DNA of 64,000 nucleotides from positions 8,360,404 through 8,424,403 of the forward strand of contig NC_057751.1 in the NCBI RefSeq assembly GCF_004010195.1, given 5' to 3'. A program made the translations under genes and the position numbers. The DNA comes from Chiloscyllium plagiosum. Lineage: Eukaryota. Positions 1 to 12,005 of this stretch are shown here, piece by piece. Within the stretch, counting starts at the first letter, position 1; each line of letters opens with the position of its first letter. A model generated the notes under the pieces. That model saw nothing but the letters and a program-made list of their open reading frames with translations, was not told where the DNA came from and ran no database searches.

Positions 1-315
1 TTCATTAGAAACATCGAAACGAAGGGCAGCATTAGGGCATTTGTCCCTCTGAGCCTGCTCCACTATTCATTATGATCTTGGTCAATTACCCTACGCAATA
101 CCCTAGTCACACTTTCATTCCATAACCTTTGATTCCTTTAGTCCTGGGAACTACATCCACATCCTGCTGGAACTCCATCAATGTTTTGGCCTCAAACGCT
201 TTGTGGGACAGAGATTTCCACAGGCTCACCAGTCTCTGGATGAAGAGATTTCTCCTCATCTCTGTCCTTAAAGGCCTAGCCTTTATCGCGAGACTGTCCT
301 GGATTCCTGGTCATT
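1..315 (-). mobile_element. Degenerate CR1-type LINE 3' end fragment
   Basis: Reverse-orientation tail motifs (gagcctgctcc...attcattatgatc; ttccacaggctcacc...gaagagatttctcctcatctc) resemble the other CR1 tails in the window. Confidence 0.6.
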
Positions 316-557
316 GAAACATTGCATTAAATGAGTGCAAAATGAGAAAATGACGCAGAACCTTGGCAAACATGTCTTTCTTCAGCTATACTTAAGTTCT
401 GTGTGGCCAAACCACTGATAATATTTTGAATCAAAGTCCATTTGGACAATAGCATGGGAACTGTCTGAGGGAGGAGTGCATCTTCTCCTCTCTTAGATGG
501 CACATCTGGGAATGCCTGAGACAGCACTGAGCTTTTTCCAACAAAACTTATCACAGC

Positions 558-1186
558 TGTAATGGTACTGCGTCTTTAACAGAGATTTGTTCTGTGCTGT
601 ATCTCTTAGAGCGAGGTTTTCCATTGTGGTACCAGAACATCTGCTTCAGAAGCAGTCAGTAACTTTGAGATCCCTGAGTGTTTGGAGTGGAGTGCAGTCA
701 GGCTCACACAGAGCCAGGGTATTAGTTATGCTTTCAGTTGCGATTTGGACTTGGCTGTTGAAGCTGATGGATACAGCTCTCTCTTTACTGCAGTAAAGAA
801 GCTCTCTGCTGCTGGATTGTTTGTTACGGTGTTCCTTTCTTCTGGTCTGGAGCAGAGATAGCATGTGAGAAAGCTCTGTTTTGCTGAATTTGCCTTTACC
901 AAGGGTGCGTCCAGTGGAATGTTGCTCTAATGGGGAACAGTCGATGAGTAGTAGTTAAATTAAGTTATTAATTATTTCAATAGAGTTTAAGTTATGCTAT
1001 TTCTTCTTTCTTCGTTTGTATTACTACTGTGTTCTAAGGATAAAGTACGCTTTGCTTAAAGTCTAGTGGTGGACCAATCAAATCACAAATGGAACACAGC
1101 ATCTTACATTTGACTTTAAGCTGAATTAAAAGGGGCTGGGTTATCTCCTTGATTTATTTTGAGGAGTGTTGGTTTGGTCCATAACA
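558..1186 (+). mobile_element. Solo LTR (family A)
   Basis: TGTAATGG...CCATAACA inverted termini (TG..CA); flanks cagc/ctgc; 3' part similar to 8325-9280 and, reversed, to 51603-52213. Confidence 0.65.
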
Positions 1187-1651
1187 CTGCAGTGACTTGC
1201 TGTCATTGTCTAACACTGAAGCTTTGTACAGCAAATTCACCTGGAATTGTGCTTGATTTGTGGATTGGAATTCATCTTTACAGGAATATTTTAAACTGTA
1301 AGAGAGACCTGACTTAATTGAATTATTTCAGCATTCATTTCCATTCCCAAGTGAGCATTTCTTATACTCTTAAACCAATTATTAAAATACACTTGTGAAG
1401 AACATAACCAATTTTAGAGTGCTGTCATATTCAGCTTAACGTGCTGACTCGCAGCTAATTGAAATTGAGCATCTTCACAATATTTCACATCCACATGTCC
1501 CTGAGGAACATAGTTTGATTTATGATATTTTTTTGAAATGGTAACCAAGGAGTCCCACGGAGCATACTGTAAATCCTGCAGCAATGCTGAATGGATCAAA
1601 ACAGGATTTACTTTAAAATAAGAGCTGTTTCTGCTTCTGTAACCTTTTCAG

Positions 1652-1698
1652 TCTTGTCGTGCAATGTATTTCGGATGTTGCAGACTCAGGAAGTGAAG
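1652..1698 (+). CDS. Putative internal coding exon (xLSCNVFRMLQTQEVK) of an unidentified gene entering from upstream
   Basis: Polypyrimidine acceptor ctgcttctgtaaccttttcAG at 1650-51; donor AAG|GTGACT; phase 1 to phase 0, compatible with the phase-0 exon at 10929. Confidence 0.45.
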
Positions 1699-2060
1699 GT
1701 GACTTATCGCCACTTGCCGACCAGTGCTTCTCCAGTTTACACACTGCAGCCAAACAGAGAAACTCAGCCACTGCAGAAAGACTCTAGCGCCTCGATGCAA
1801 CGTTATGTAACATCAGAGGCAATGAGCAGCTTAATGTTTCTCCTGGTTGGAGTCGTCTTGGCTTGAACAGAGGACATGGCAGGGAAATTGTACAGACTGA
1901 CTTCCAATAAAGTAGGACTTGCAACACCTTTGATGAGTAACCAAGTGTCGCAGACTGCTTGACTTCAGGCGAAGGACCTTGAAATTGTTGTCACTGTCAT
2001 TATATTCACGTGGAGCTTTTGCAAACAACCAGGCTTCTCAAAAGTGCAGTGGCACCGGTT

Positions 2061-2697
2061 TGTTATGGACTAGGCCAAACCACTCAAAACATTCTCAAGC
2101 AGGCAGCCCAGACTGTAACTTTGCAATTTGTTTCGGTCGGTGTACAGTGAAAGTTACCCGGAGTAAGTTAGTGAGGTTGACTACTGGGTTTTAAAACAGA
2201 CAAAAATTTATTCACAAAATTCACTGAATGAAACGCAAAGAACAGAATACAGAATACCCCCAGAACTCAGTCTATCCAAACTAGACTTATCATGTTGTTC
2301 TGAAAACACACAACAGTGCCAATAAACAAACCCCTTAAACACAGTAAAAATTAAACAAAGGCTTACAGGTTGAAGTTAGAAGGGCAGAAGGAGAGAGAGT
2401 TCAGCAGCCTGTTTCAAACACAACTCCTGCTGCACTGGCTGACTAGCAAGACTTCAGTTTTTAAGACTGACCACTCCCCTTTCATTATTTAGGTCACTCC
2501 TAAAACATAAAAGCTTTGGCCAAAAGTCTCATCTGTTTACGTATAAACAAAAAGGCCTCCTAATACCCTTCCATCTCTGTACCAAACCAGTTGATTCAGA
2601 GCCTGAGTGGTTCACGTCCCCTCTGAAAAAAAACCAAGGACACAGTATCCTTGAGAAAAGGATCAGCTTTTAGAAAAAAGGAACCAGCTTTGTGACA
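2061..2697 (-). mobile_element. Solo LTR (related family)
   Basis: Begins TGTTATGGAC (reverse complement of the GTCCATAACA end of family A) and ends TGTGACA. Confidence 0.6.
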
Positions 2698-2934
2698 AAT
2701 CAACCCACTTGAGCAGTGTTGGAATATGGGGAAATTGTGTGCACAGCAAGATCCCACAAACAACTTTGACCTGCATGACAGGACTGTTTGTGTTCCCTTG
2801 GGTGGGAGGTGACCTAACACACGGCATCAGGACAAGCACCTTGTTTCTCATTGGCTGAGAACGCAGTCCACATCTCGGCGAAGCATCACATCCAAAATAC
2901 AGCTCTGCCTCAGCACCACTATGCTATCACGCGA

Positions 2935-3250
2935 GGGGAGATAATGGCATGGTGGGAATGTCATGGATTAATAATCCACAACCCTGAGTTCACATCCTGG
3001 AGACTGGGTCAGAATCCCACTGTGGTAGGTGGGGAAATTTGAATTCTGTAAAAATCTGGAGTGAAAGCAAATCTAATGTTAATCATGTAACCAGTGTTAA
3101 TTGTTGTAAAAACCTAACTCGGTCATTAGCTTAGGGGAAGGAATTCCTCGATCATTACCTGGTCTGGACTACATGGAACTCCAGACCCACAGCAATGTGG
3201 CTGACTCTTAATAATTAGGCATGAGCAAGAAATGCTTGCTTAGCAACCCA
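2935..3250 (+). mobile_element. tRNA-derived SINE with CR1/L2-type tail
   Basis: tRNA-like head (ggcatggtgg..., gggtcagaatccc) and core ggaaggaa...cctggtctgg...ctccagacccacagcaatgtgg shared with 7350, 16845 and 33690. Confidence 0.65.
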
Positions 3251-3321
3251 GATCCTGCAAGATCCAATTTGCCAGCACAATCCATTGTCATGGCCATTAA
3301 TCCTTCACAACTCCTATCTTA

Positions 3322-3580
3322 GAACATGAAACATACAACATAGAACGATATAGCACAGGAATGGGTCCTTTAGTCCACGATATTATGCCAAACATGACAC
3401 CACATTAAACTAATCCCTTCTGCCTGCCCTTAGTCCATATCCTTCCATTCCATATATATTCATGTGTTTACCTAAAAGTCTCTTGGACATCCTATCGTAT
3501 CTGCCTCTTCCACCACCTCTGCAGTGCGTTCCACACTCAGTGTTAAAAAGCCTACCCCTCACATCTCTTTTGAACTTTAT
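3322..3580 (-). mobile_element. CR1 LINE 3' end fragment
   Basis: (catagaa)-type tail repeats followed by reversed CR1 3' sequence. Confidence 0.6.
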
Positions 3581-4057
3581 TGAGCTTCCACTTAACTTTT
3601 TGTGACAGAGTTTGTGGTAAGGACAAACAAAATTAGTGTTTGGCTACCTCTTTTTTCAAAATGTTAGCAAATCTCAACTTTTGTTAACTCGTGCAAATAT
3701 CGTTCTGGTGCAGTTTGAAGCATCGATACCTGTTCAAGTACATAATGAAAACCTTATTCCACAGCCCACAAGAACAGTGAAAAAACTGTGCGCAGTTTGG
3801 TGGGGTGGGAGTGTGTGAAGCCTATCGTCAGAGGGGATATCAGAACTGCGGCTGTGGATTCACTGGGGTGAAATTAAAGATTGGAAAGTGTCACCATAAT
3901 TAGATTTTAACAAACATCTGAGGCAGGGAAAGCTAAGGAGAGGATTGAAAATTTTGAAAAGGTTGAGAGAATAAAGAGCAAAAAGTTTGTTATCACTGTT
4001 TTAGGAACAGAAGCTGTTTGTGGGACTGAACAGGTCTATCAGCATCTGTGGAGCTAT

Positions 4058-4368
4058 GATTAGATTAGATTCCCTACAGTGTGAAAACAGGCCCTTCGGC
4101 CCAACAAGTCCACACCGACCCTCCAAAGATGCAACCCACCCAGACCCATTCCCCTACATCTAACACTATGGACAATTTAGCATGGCTAATTCACCTGACC
4201 TGCACAATCTTTCCTCCTGTGGGAGGAAACCGGAGCACTCGGAGGAAACCCACGCAGACACGGGGAGAATGTGCAAACTCCACACAGGGAGTTGCCCGAG
4301 GCGGGAATTGAACCCGGGTCCCTGGCACTGTGAGACAGCAGTGCTAACCACTGAGTCACTATGCCGCC
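4058..4368 (-). mobile_element. HE1 / V-SINE
   Basis: Reverse V-domain (gggaggaaaccggagcac...gagaatgtgcaaactccacac), tRNA A/B boxes, (ATTAG)n tail. Confidence 0.9.
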
Positions 4369-4624
4369 CACCATGTGGAGAATGATATTTTTGGAGTTGC
4401 ACACAACTTCTGCACAGTTGACGGACTGACACTGATCAGTTCATTGTTACTGAAGGGTCATTGTTGAGAGCCTTACAGAGGCTCGATGTAAAGCAATATT
4501 GGAGGGAGAGGAGAAGACATAAAGGGTAATTAGAACAGTAATGATATGACCACGAGCAGTGATTGAAGTTGAATCAATTGCACCATTTCCAAGGGGAGCT
4601 GTATAAATGCTGACAACCTGGAAA

Positions 4625-4940
4625 ATACAAGTGGGAGCACATGATGCAGCCATTCCAACCTGCTCTACCAATCAATACGACAATGACTGATCTTTTATCT
4701 CAACTCCACTTGTCCACCCAATCTTGATTCCTTGATTTCTTTGGTGCGCAAAAATCCATTAATCTCCGTCTTGAATGTACTCAATGACTGGGCATCCACT
4801 GCTGTTAGGGATAGAGAATACCTTAGATTCATAACCCTCTGAGTGAAAAAGATTCTTTTCACCTCAATCTGGAATGGATGAGCCCTTATTCTGAGATGAT
4901 GACCCTTGTTTTGGGACTCCCAAGCCGAGGTAAACACCCC
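4625..4940 (-). mobile_element. CR1 LINE 3' fragment
   Basis: Minus ORF resembles CR1 ORF2 C-terminus (GHHLRIR...FFTQRVMNL). Confidence 0.7.
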
Positions 4941-5019
4941 GTCAGAGGCTTGTCATGACCAACACGAAGAGATTTTTGCTCTAATAAGATCATTTGTAAC
5001 TGCTTAAAAATACTGACTT

Positions 5020-5222
5020 CTGAATGGACCTCTCAAATTTCAAATCTAATGTTGATCTTGCTTTTTGTGCACCTTCTCTACAGCCATACCTTGGTATTCC
5101 TCACTCTGTTCTGTCATTCTATGATCTTTTCACGTGATGATCTGCTTACACTGCACAGCAAAACAAAACTTTTCACCGTACTGAGGTGCAGGTGACAACA
5201 ATACATCAACTCAAATCAAATT
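5020..5222 (+). mobile_element. Rex1/Babar-like LINE 3' UTR
   Basis: Nearly the same as 39338-39525, which directly follows a Rex1-like ORF end. Confidence 0.65.
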
Positions 5223-5593
5223 TGGTCTATCTCCATCCCTCCAACCCAGGTGTGGTCTTATCAAATCCCTATTCAGTTTCAGCACAACTCCCTCAAGCCT
5301 CAACTCCAACACATTGTAATAGTTGCAAATGTGCCATCTGCCTTCCTAATTGCCTGGTCTGCTTCCAACAATGCAGAGAATTGTTCAGCAAATGTCATTC
5401 TAATCAAGTGCAATGAGCTCAGACAGACGCACTCAAGAAGGAGATGTTCTTTGAAAATTTTTTAAATAAAATCCATATTTTTCCACGCCATAAGGTTACA
5501 ACGATGGAGTAAGGGGAAGAGGAACAAGGAGAGTCTTCTGGGGAGAAGGAAACTTCCTGCTATCCAATCTGCCTGATATTTGATTCCCATTAT

Positions 5594-5903
5594 GGGTGGT
5601 ACGGTGGCTCAGTGGTTAGCACTGCTGCCTCACAGCGCCAGAGACCTGGGTTCAATTCCAGCCTCGGGCAACTGTGTGTGTGGAGTTTGCACATTCTCCC
5701 AGTGTCTGTGTGGGTTTCCTCCGGGTGCTCCGGTTTCCTCCCACAATCCAAAAATGTGCAGGTTAGGTGAACTGGCCATGCTAAATTGCCCGTAGTGTTA
5801 GGTGAAGGGGTAAAAGTAGGGAAATGGGTCTGGGTGGGTTGCTCTTCGGAGGGTCGGTGTGGACTTGTTGGGCCGAAGGGCCTATTTCCACTCTAAGTAA
5901 TCT
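5594..5903 (+). mobile_element. HE1 / V-SINE
   Basis: ggtggctcagtggttagc A box, gggttcaattcc B box, V-domain tgtggagtttgcacattctccc...ggtttcctccca. Confidence 0.9.
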
Positions 5904-5914
5904 AGTTACTGGAA

Positions 5915-6100
5915 CGCATCTGAAGTCTGGACAGGGAAACAGAACGACTGTGAGATTAAATTCAGTTCTGAGGGAGGGTCACAGGACCCGAAACTTCAAC
6001 TCTGATCTCTCTCTCCACAAATGGTTTCACCATCGCTGAGCTTTTCCAGTGATTTCTGCTTTTGTTTCTCATTTCCAGCATCCGTAGTTTTTATTTTGTT
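5915..6100 (+). mobile_element. Penelope-like terminus (family 2) with degenerate hammerhead motif
   Basis: ctgagggagggtcacaggacccgaaac; related copies at about 23845, 27150, 30195(-), 42015, 45680. Confidence 0.6.
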
Positions 6101-6624
6101 TTGTTAGATTAAGTCCGCCTGCTTTTAGTACTATCCAAGACAGAGTGCACCTACCACAATAAACTGCATTTATGTGGAACCAACACAATGCAGGAAAACA
6201 TCCCAAGGGGCTTTGCGGGCACATTGTTAAACAGAATTTGACGTCAAACCACATTAGGAGGTGTCAGCGTTTGCCGGAAGAGTTAGCTTTCAAGGTGCAT
6301 CTTCAAGGAGGAGGGTGCGAGGTCAACAGTCAGAGAACATTGCAAAGTTTGTGATGTTGGCAACTCAAGGCAGAACAAGACAAAAGTGGAGTTGCAACTA
6401 AACTTGCAGAGGATGGTCCGAAAAAGCAGAATTAGAGCACGTCATCAGAGTGAAGGGATGGAGTAGGTTTCACAGATAGGGATGGGTGAGACCACAGAAA
6501 CACTTGGCTCCTTTTTTCTCAACAGAGCTAAATAAGACTTTTAAGCTGTTCATATCATGCGTATTCTCTCTTTGAATACAACAAGGTCTGATTCTTTTAT
6601 CTCCTGTTACGCTTAAATTGATAA

Positions 6625-6845
6625 ACAAAGTAAAAATGCAATTAAAACTCAAACGTCAATTATATTTTAATTGAAAAATCAGTTGGCATGTCTAATTAAA
6701 GATGACAGACACTAGATGATAAGCATGAATGCTTAGATTAGCAATAAAAGATTAATAGCTCATAAAACACCATTAATTGCCAGATTACGCTGAAGGAGTA
6801 TATTGTTATTGAAGTGTAATTCAGTGATTCCGAGAGAGATACTTA
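6625..6845. promoter_or_regulatory. Candidate conserved non-coding element (enhancer-like)
   Basis: Repeat-free AT-rich block dense in TAAT/ATTA motifs plus TGACAG; no ORF. Confidence 0.4.
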
Positions 6846-7349
6846 GAAGTTTAATTTTTTTTTAAATCAAAACCCAAAGCACTTTGCAGTGAAGGATGCT
6901 GGGTATATAAAAGGCACCATTTGGGTATGTCTTGACCTGACTCGCCAGCTGACAAGTCATAGCAGACCTGAAATGTTAACTCTGTACTTTGTTTCACAGA
7001 CCTGCTGAGTCTCTCCACTATCCCAAGCCTTGTTGTCTTGTCATTCGTCCTGTCATAACCTCCCATGGAAACCTTCTTCTGTTCTTGCCGTCACCTCTTG
7101 TCAAGGACCACAATAAAAATCCGCATGTCCCTCCTCTCCTCCACCCACTGACTCCCCAACCCATCAACGCCCCCACCCCACCCCGACGTGGGATAAAATT
7201 CTCGTGGCTCCCTGTCCCGTCTGGAATGTGTTGTGCAATTGCAGCCTCTGAAGCCTTTTTTCAGCACAGTAGAATGCCAGACCTCTCCCTCTGACCCAGT
7301 TATCACATTCACACCCAGAAATAAAGGGTGAGGTGGGAAGGCAATATGG

Positions 7350-7960
7350 AGGTATAATGGGAACATCACTGGGCTCGCACACCAGCAGCTCAGGAACGCG
7401 TTGAAATCCCACCATGGCAGCTGGTAGAGATCACAAACACTTGCTTTTTGTTTCACACAACACCAAGTTATAGTTCAACAGGGAGTCGAACACCAGCACC
7501 TCCACATCTTGTTTTTTTTCGACAGAGTTAAGCAGGGCTTTAAAGCAGTTAATATCATCTCCTGTTATGGTTAAATTGATAAAATGGCAGCTGGTAGAAC
7601 TTGTGTTCAATCAATAACTATAATTATTGATTATAAATTATCAATGATTCTGGAATATGAAGCTCGATTCAGGAATGGTGACTGTTGTTTGTTATACAGA
7701 AGAACATAAGAACTGAGAGCAGGTGTCAGCCATCTGGCCACTCAAGCCTGCTCCACCATTCAATAAGACCATGGCTGATCGTCTGACAGACTTAGCTCCA
7801 GTAATGCCCTTCAGGGAAGGAAATCTGCTACCTTGATCCGGTCTAGCCTGCACATGACTCCAGAACCACAGCAATGTTAATGACATATCAATCCCTCTGA
7901 AACAAGTCCCTCAGTTCACGGTGGAAATTACAGACAGGCAGTTAATGATGGACTTGCCCC
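7350..7960 (+). mobile_element. tRNA-derived SINE interrupted by a templated insertion and a CR1 tail
   Basis: Same family as 2935; split at the duplicated atggcagctggtaga (7414-7428, 7584-7598). Confidence 0.6.
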
Positions 7961-8324
7961 TACTCATAAATTCCATGACAGAACTAAGAAAATGAAAATC
8001 AAAAGGTGAACTGTTTTGAAATATTGTCACGGGTTTGCTTATAAGATTACATCAATAGCCCCTTCGCCTCAGTGTGTGCCCCGGGCCAGACAGAGAGGGA
8101 GACAGAGAGAAAGTAAGTTATGGGCCGTTCTTATGTTTCCTGGCCCCTTTCCAGACCACTGCTACCCAATCAAACACGCTCCCTGTCAACACCTCAACCC
8201 TCCCCCCAACAATCATGCCTGTTATTTTCTGCCCCCTTTCTGGATTCACCAAACAGCATAAAAAGATTCTGGTTGAATAGAAAACACCAAGGTGCTTGGA
8301 GATAGGGTTGGGGGGGGGAGAAGG

Positions 8325-9280
8325 TGTGATGATACTATGACTTAAAGGGGCCATTTTTTCCTGTATCTTTTCAGATAAACATTGAAGCAGAGGTGCCGAG
8401 CAATTTGTGTGAAAGTAAACAGCTTGATTAGATTAGATTAGATTAGATTAGATTACTTACAGTGTGGAAACAGGCCCTTCGCCCAACAAGTCCACACCGA
8501 CCCGCCGAAGCGCAACCCACCCATACCCCTACATTTACCCCTTACCTAACACTACGGGCAATTTAGCTTGGCCAATTCACCTGACCTGCACATCTTTGGA
8601 CTGTGGGAGGAAACCGGAGCACCCGGAGGAAACCCACGCAGACACGGGGAGAATGTGCAAACTCCACACAGTCAATCGCCTGAGTCGGGAATTGAACCCG
8701 GGTCTCTGGCGCTGTGAGGCAGCAGTGCTAACCACTGTGCCACCGTGCCGCCCTCAGTTTGTGAGTTCTTGGATTTCTTTGAAGTTGGAACAATAGAGGC
8801 AGCCTGAATGGGTGTGGTCAAATCTCAAAGAACGAGGATTTTTAGTTTTTTTAGTTTTCAGTAGTAGTTCTTGCTGGATCTGTTGTTGCAACGCACCTCT
8901 ACCTGCTACACTCTCTCCCAGAGTTTCCTCTTGATGTATTTTCCCTCCTGAGTTGTTGGAGTTGCATTTGAGACAATTTGTTTTTTTAAATTTGCCTTTT
9001 GCCAAGGGTGTATTTATGGGATGTTATTTTGGAACAGTTACTGTTTAGTAGATAACTCATCTATTATTGTGTTAAGTTTTCCAATCGAGTTACAGCTAAA
9101 CAAATTCTTTTTTTTGTTGTATTTTGTTGTATAAATTGTGTTTGGTTTAACGTTGAGTAGTTTGACCAATCAAATTGTATCTGGAACACAACACCTTACA
9201 TTTACCTTCAAATGAAGAAAAGTTAGGATCTAGGCTACCTTCTTAATACATTTTGAGGGGATTTGGTCCGGTCCATAACA
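8325..9280 (+). mobile_element. Solo LTR (family A) with nested HE1 SINE
   Basis: TGTGATG...CCATAACA ends, flanks aagg/aaga, 3' part similar to 558-1186. Confidence 0.65.
8426..8752 (-). mobile_element. HE1 / V-SINE (young copy)
   Basis: Near-consensus V-domain with CpGs retained; long (ATTAG)n tail. Confidence 0.92.
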
Positions 9281-9761
9281 AAGAGGAGAGTGGAGGAAAT
9301 GGTTAGAGAAAGGGAGTGTTTGGGCAGGAAGGGGGAGATAGATGTGGGCAATGTGGAGCCATTAGCCATGGGAGACCATTGAGGGGGAGACTGAGAGGAG
9401 GTCAGTTTGGAATGGCCTGGCCAACAGCACACACCCTTGAGGGAGGATTTTGTGAAAGGAGAGGTTAGACCTGAGGAGGCACTCAAGGTTTAATCATTTC
9501 ACTCTACCAGTCAACACACAAGGCGAGTAATAAAGTTGGGACAAAGGAATTTGACATGAGACATCTGCCCAATTAGAGCCATTTCATATCCTCCTTGGAC
9601 GATGACCTGTTGCCCCTAGCAATGAGCACTATAAGCATACTCCTTCTCCCTCCATAACCCTGACCTGCCTTCAATTTACTGTTGACCCAAGTGTTCTAAA
9701 GTTTCTGAGTGAAACCTCTCCAATACTGAAGAAAACAATTTAATAACAATTTCCAACGATG

Positions 9762-10165
9762 CACCTTATAGAGTTTTATAAAATCATGGGGGGTATAGAT
9801 AAAGTGAATGGCAGCTGTCTGTTCCCTAACGTGGGGGATATCAAGATGAGGGGATATATCTTAAGGTGAAAGGAGAAAGATTTAAAAAAGACACGAGGGG
9901 CAATTTTCTTTTTCCAGAGAGTGGTTCATGTGTGGAATCAACTTCCAGAGGCAGTAGTAGCGAGAGCGCGACAGAGAGAGCGAGAGCGCGACAGAGAGAG
10001 CGAGAGCGAGAGCGCGACAGAGAGAGCGAGAGCGAGAGCGCGACAGAAAAGTCATGGAGATAAGTACATGAATAAGAAAGCAGGCAGATGGAACTAGTTT
10101 AGTTTGGGATTATGTTCAGCATGGACTGATTGGACAGAAGAGTCTGTGTCTGTGCTGTCTGACTC
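9762..10165 (+). mobile_element. CR1 3' fragment containing a (GAGAGC)n microsatellite at 9960-10046
   Basis: ccttatagag...ataaaatcatg, KGERFKKDTRGNF-like translation. Confidence 0.75.
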
Positions 10166-10928
10166 TAACATCACAGCCTCAGGACAATCTGAAGAACTTC
10201 AGTGACAATGGAATGTTTTTGAAGTGAAATTCACTGTTGTGATGTGCACAGCTAGCCCATAAAAAGCCATGAGGTCAGGGTTAGACCACATAATCTGTTC
10301 CATCGATGTTTTCTGGCAGCACGGCGTTGGCTGTTGCTGGGTAAAATTCACTGTGGGCGCAAATTGGCTGCCACATCCCCGATTTTAGAACAGTGACCAG
10401 GCTTCAGACGTACTTCATGAAAGGTGTGACAAAAATGCAAGCCTTTTCTTGTAGTTCACTGCTCATTTATAAATCCCATTTCTGAGCACTTTCAGTCTCC
10501 CTGGGCAGGTACATTCACAAACTATCTGCGTGAATTCATTCATTCGAAACAACCTGTCCACTCTCCTGAACTAAAATTTGTGCTCACTGGGTACAGAAAT
10601 TTTCATAATACTAAGCACTTGAAGGTTAGCATGTCTCCTTTCTTCAAAAGTTTGGAACTAGCAGTGATCAGAGAGTTAAAAAAATTGGGATTGTCACCCC
10701 GTGGATATTGTTGGTCTTGAATTATCAGAAGAATGATATTAACTGGGTCATCCTATCGGAGGACTGACACAAATGTGATGGGCCAAATGGCCTCCTTCTC
10801 TTCTGTCTCATTCTCCTCCCCCGGTTACAGATACAGAAATAATCTGAAGCATGAAACAACATCTCACCTCTGTGCCTAAGGTGGAATGTGATGAAACTAA
10901 CATGCTCTTGTGTTCTCTTCTCTAACAG

Positions 10929-11153
10929 ACTGCACTGCCCATGAACATCACAGCCTTTTACAACTACGATCAGCCACTGGTTGGGTACTGCAAAGCACAT
11001 CAGACTCTTCATATACACAAGCGGTACGAGACCCCTCGACAGGAGGAACCGGAGTCCAGCAACTTGGAACCAGCTATGAGTCGGAACGTCATTAGCACAG
11101 TGGCTCGCTCGGCTATACCGAACATACATCTTGAACCACCTCACTCACCATAG
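10929..11153 (+). CDS. Putative terminal coding exon, 74 aa (TALPMNITAFYNYDQPLVGYCKAHQTLHIHKRYE...HLEPPHSP*), unidentified gene
   Basis: Strong acceptor ctcttgtgttctcttctctaacAG; open phase-0 frame to TAG; CpG retention; ATTAAA/AATAAA at about 11291-11302 and 11404. Confidence 0.6.
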   Translation, partial: TALPMNITAFYNYDQPLVGYCKAHQTLHIHKRYETPRQEEPESSNLEPAMSRNVISTVARSAIPNIHLEPPHSP

Positions 11154-11839
11154 AAAGAGACCTCGTTGGTTGATTGACTCTTGGGGGTGAAATGCTCCAG
11201 TCTGGAAGAACAAAGAGACAAAGGAGGTTTAAGACAAATGGTCTTCGCTGAGTTTTAACTAAAAACATACAACTCTGAACTATCTGTGGCCATTAAAATA
11301 AATCACAACTGCTAAACTTCAGAGATTTGACATCCTCCTGATTTTCTGTGCTTTGGTATTTGATGATGTAAATATAAGACTCTGCTCATGATGTTCTTAA
11401 GAAAATAAACTAAAAACTGTAAAGGATGGGTCAACTATTTTCGTTGTCATGCTTTCCCCAACAAGGCGACTTGAGTTGGAAAACCAGAAGTCTAATTTTC
11501 AAGATTTGAGTTGGGCTGTGTTTCACCAAAGCAGTAATGGCGAGGGTTGCTTGGAATATCATTGATTTTAGCCCAAACAAAAGCTGAAGTGCTGTCGGTC
11601 AGGTTGGAGATCATGCAAGTTGTCATCTGTCTGTGACACACATATGTCTAGTGAATGACCTAGTGGCCAACTTCAGAATAAAGGTGACCAAGGGGGGTGT
11701 GGAGGTGCGGGAGTCAGATTGTCTCAGATTCTCGTGTAGTGCGTCAAGTTAGATGAGGCCGAATATGGTGTGTGGCTTGTTGCATGTGAAAGAACGTGAT
11801 ATGCATCTCAACTGGAAAAATTTACAACTTTTTTTTTGC

Positions 11840-12005
11840 ACGTGGGCACAGTTACAACATTTAGAAGACACTTTGATAAGTAGGTGAACTGGAAAGGTTT
11901 GGAGGGATGTGGGCCAGGTGCAGGCAGGTGGGACTAGTTGAGTTTGGGATTCTGTCCAGCATGGACCGGTTGGACCGATGGGTCTGTTTCCATGCTGTAG
12001 AACTC
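11840..12005 (+). mobile_element. CR1 3' tail
   Basis: acaacatttagaagaca...gggtctgtttccatgctgta. Confidence 0.7.

Noticed and set aside
5594..5670. tRNA gene (here and at other A/B-box sites)
   Set aside because: These are tRNA-derived SINE heads followed by V-domain or LINE tails
9866..10063. RE-rich ORF
   Set aside because: Microsatellite inside a CR1 fragment
10725..11144. 139-aa minus ORF
   Set aside because: Antisense shadow of the + strand exon, running into a CR1 tail remnant
10929..11153. Assigning a gene symbol to the terminal exon
   Set aside because: Peptide not recognised with confidence; needs a database search
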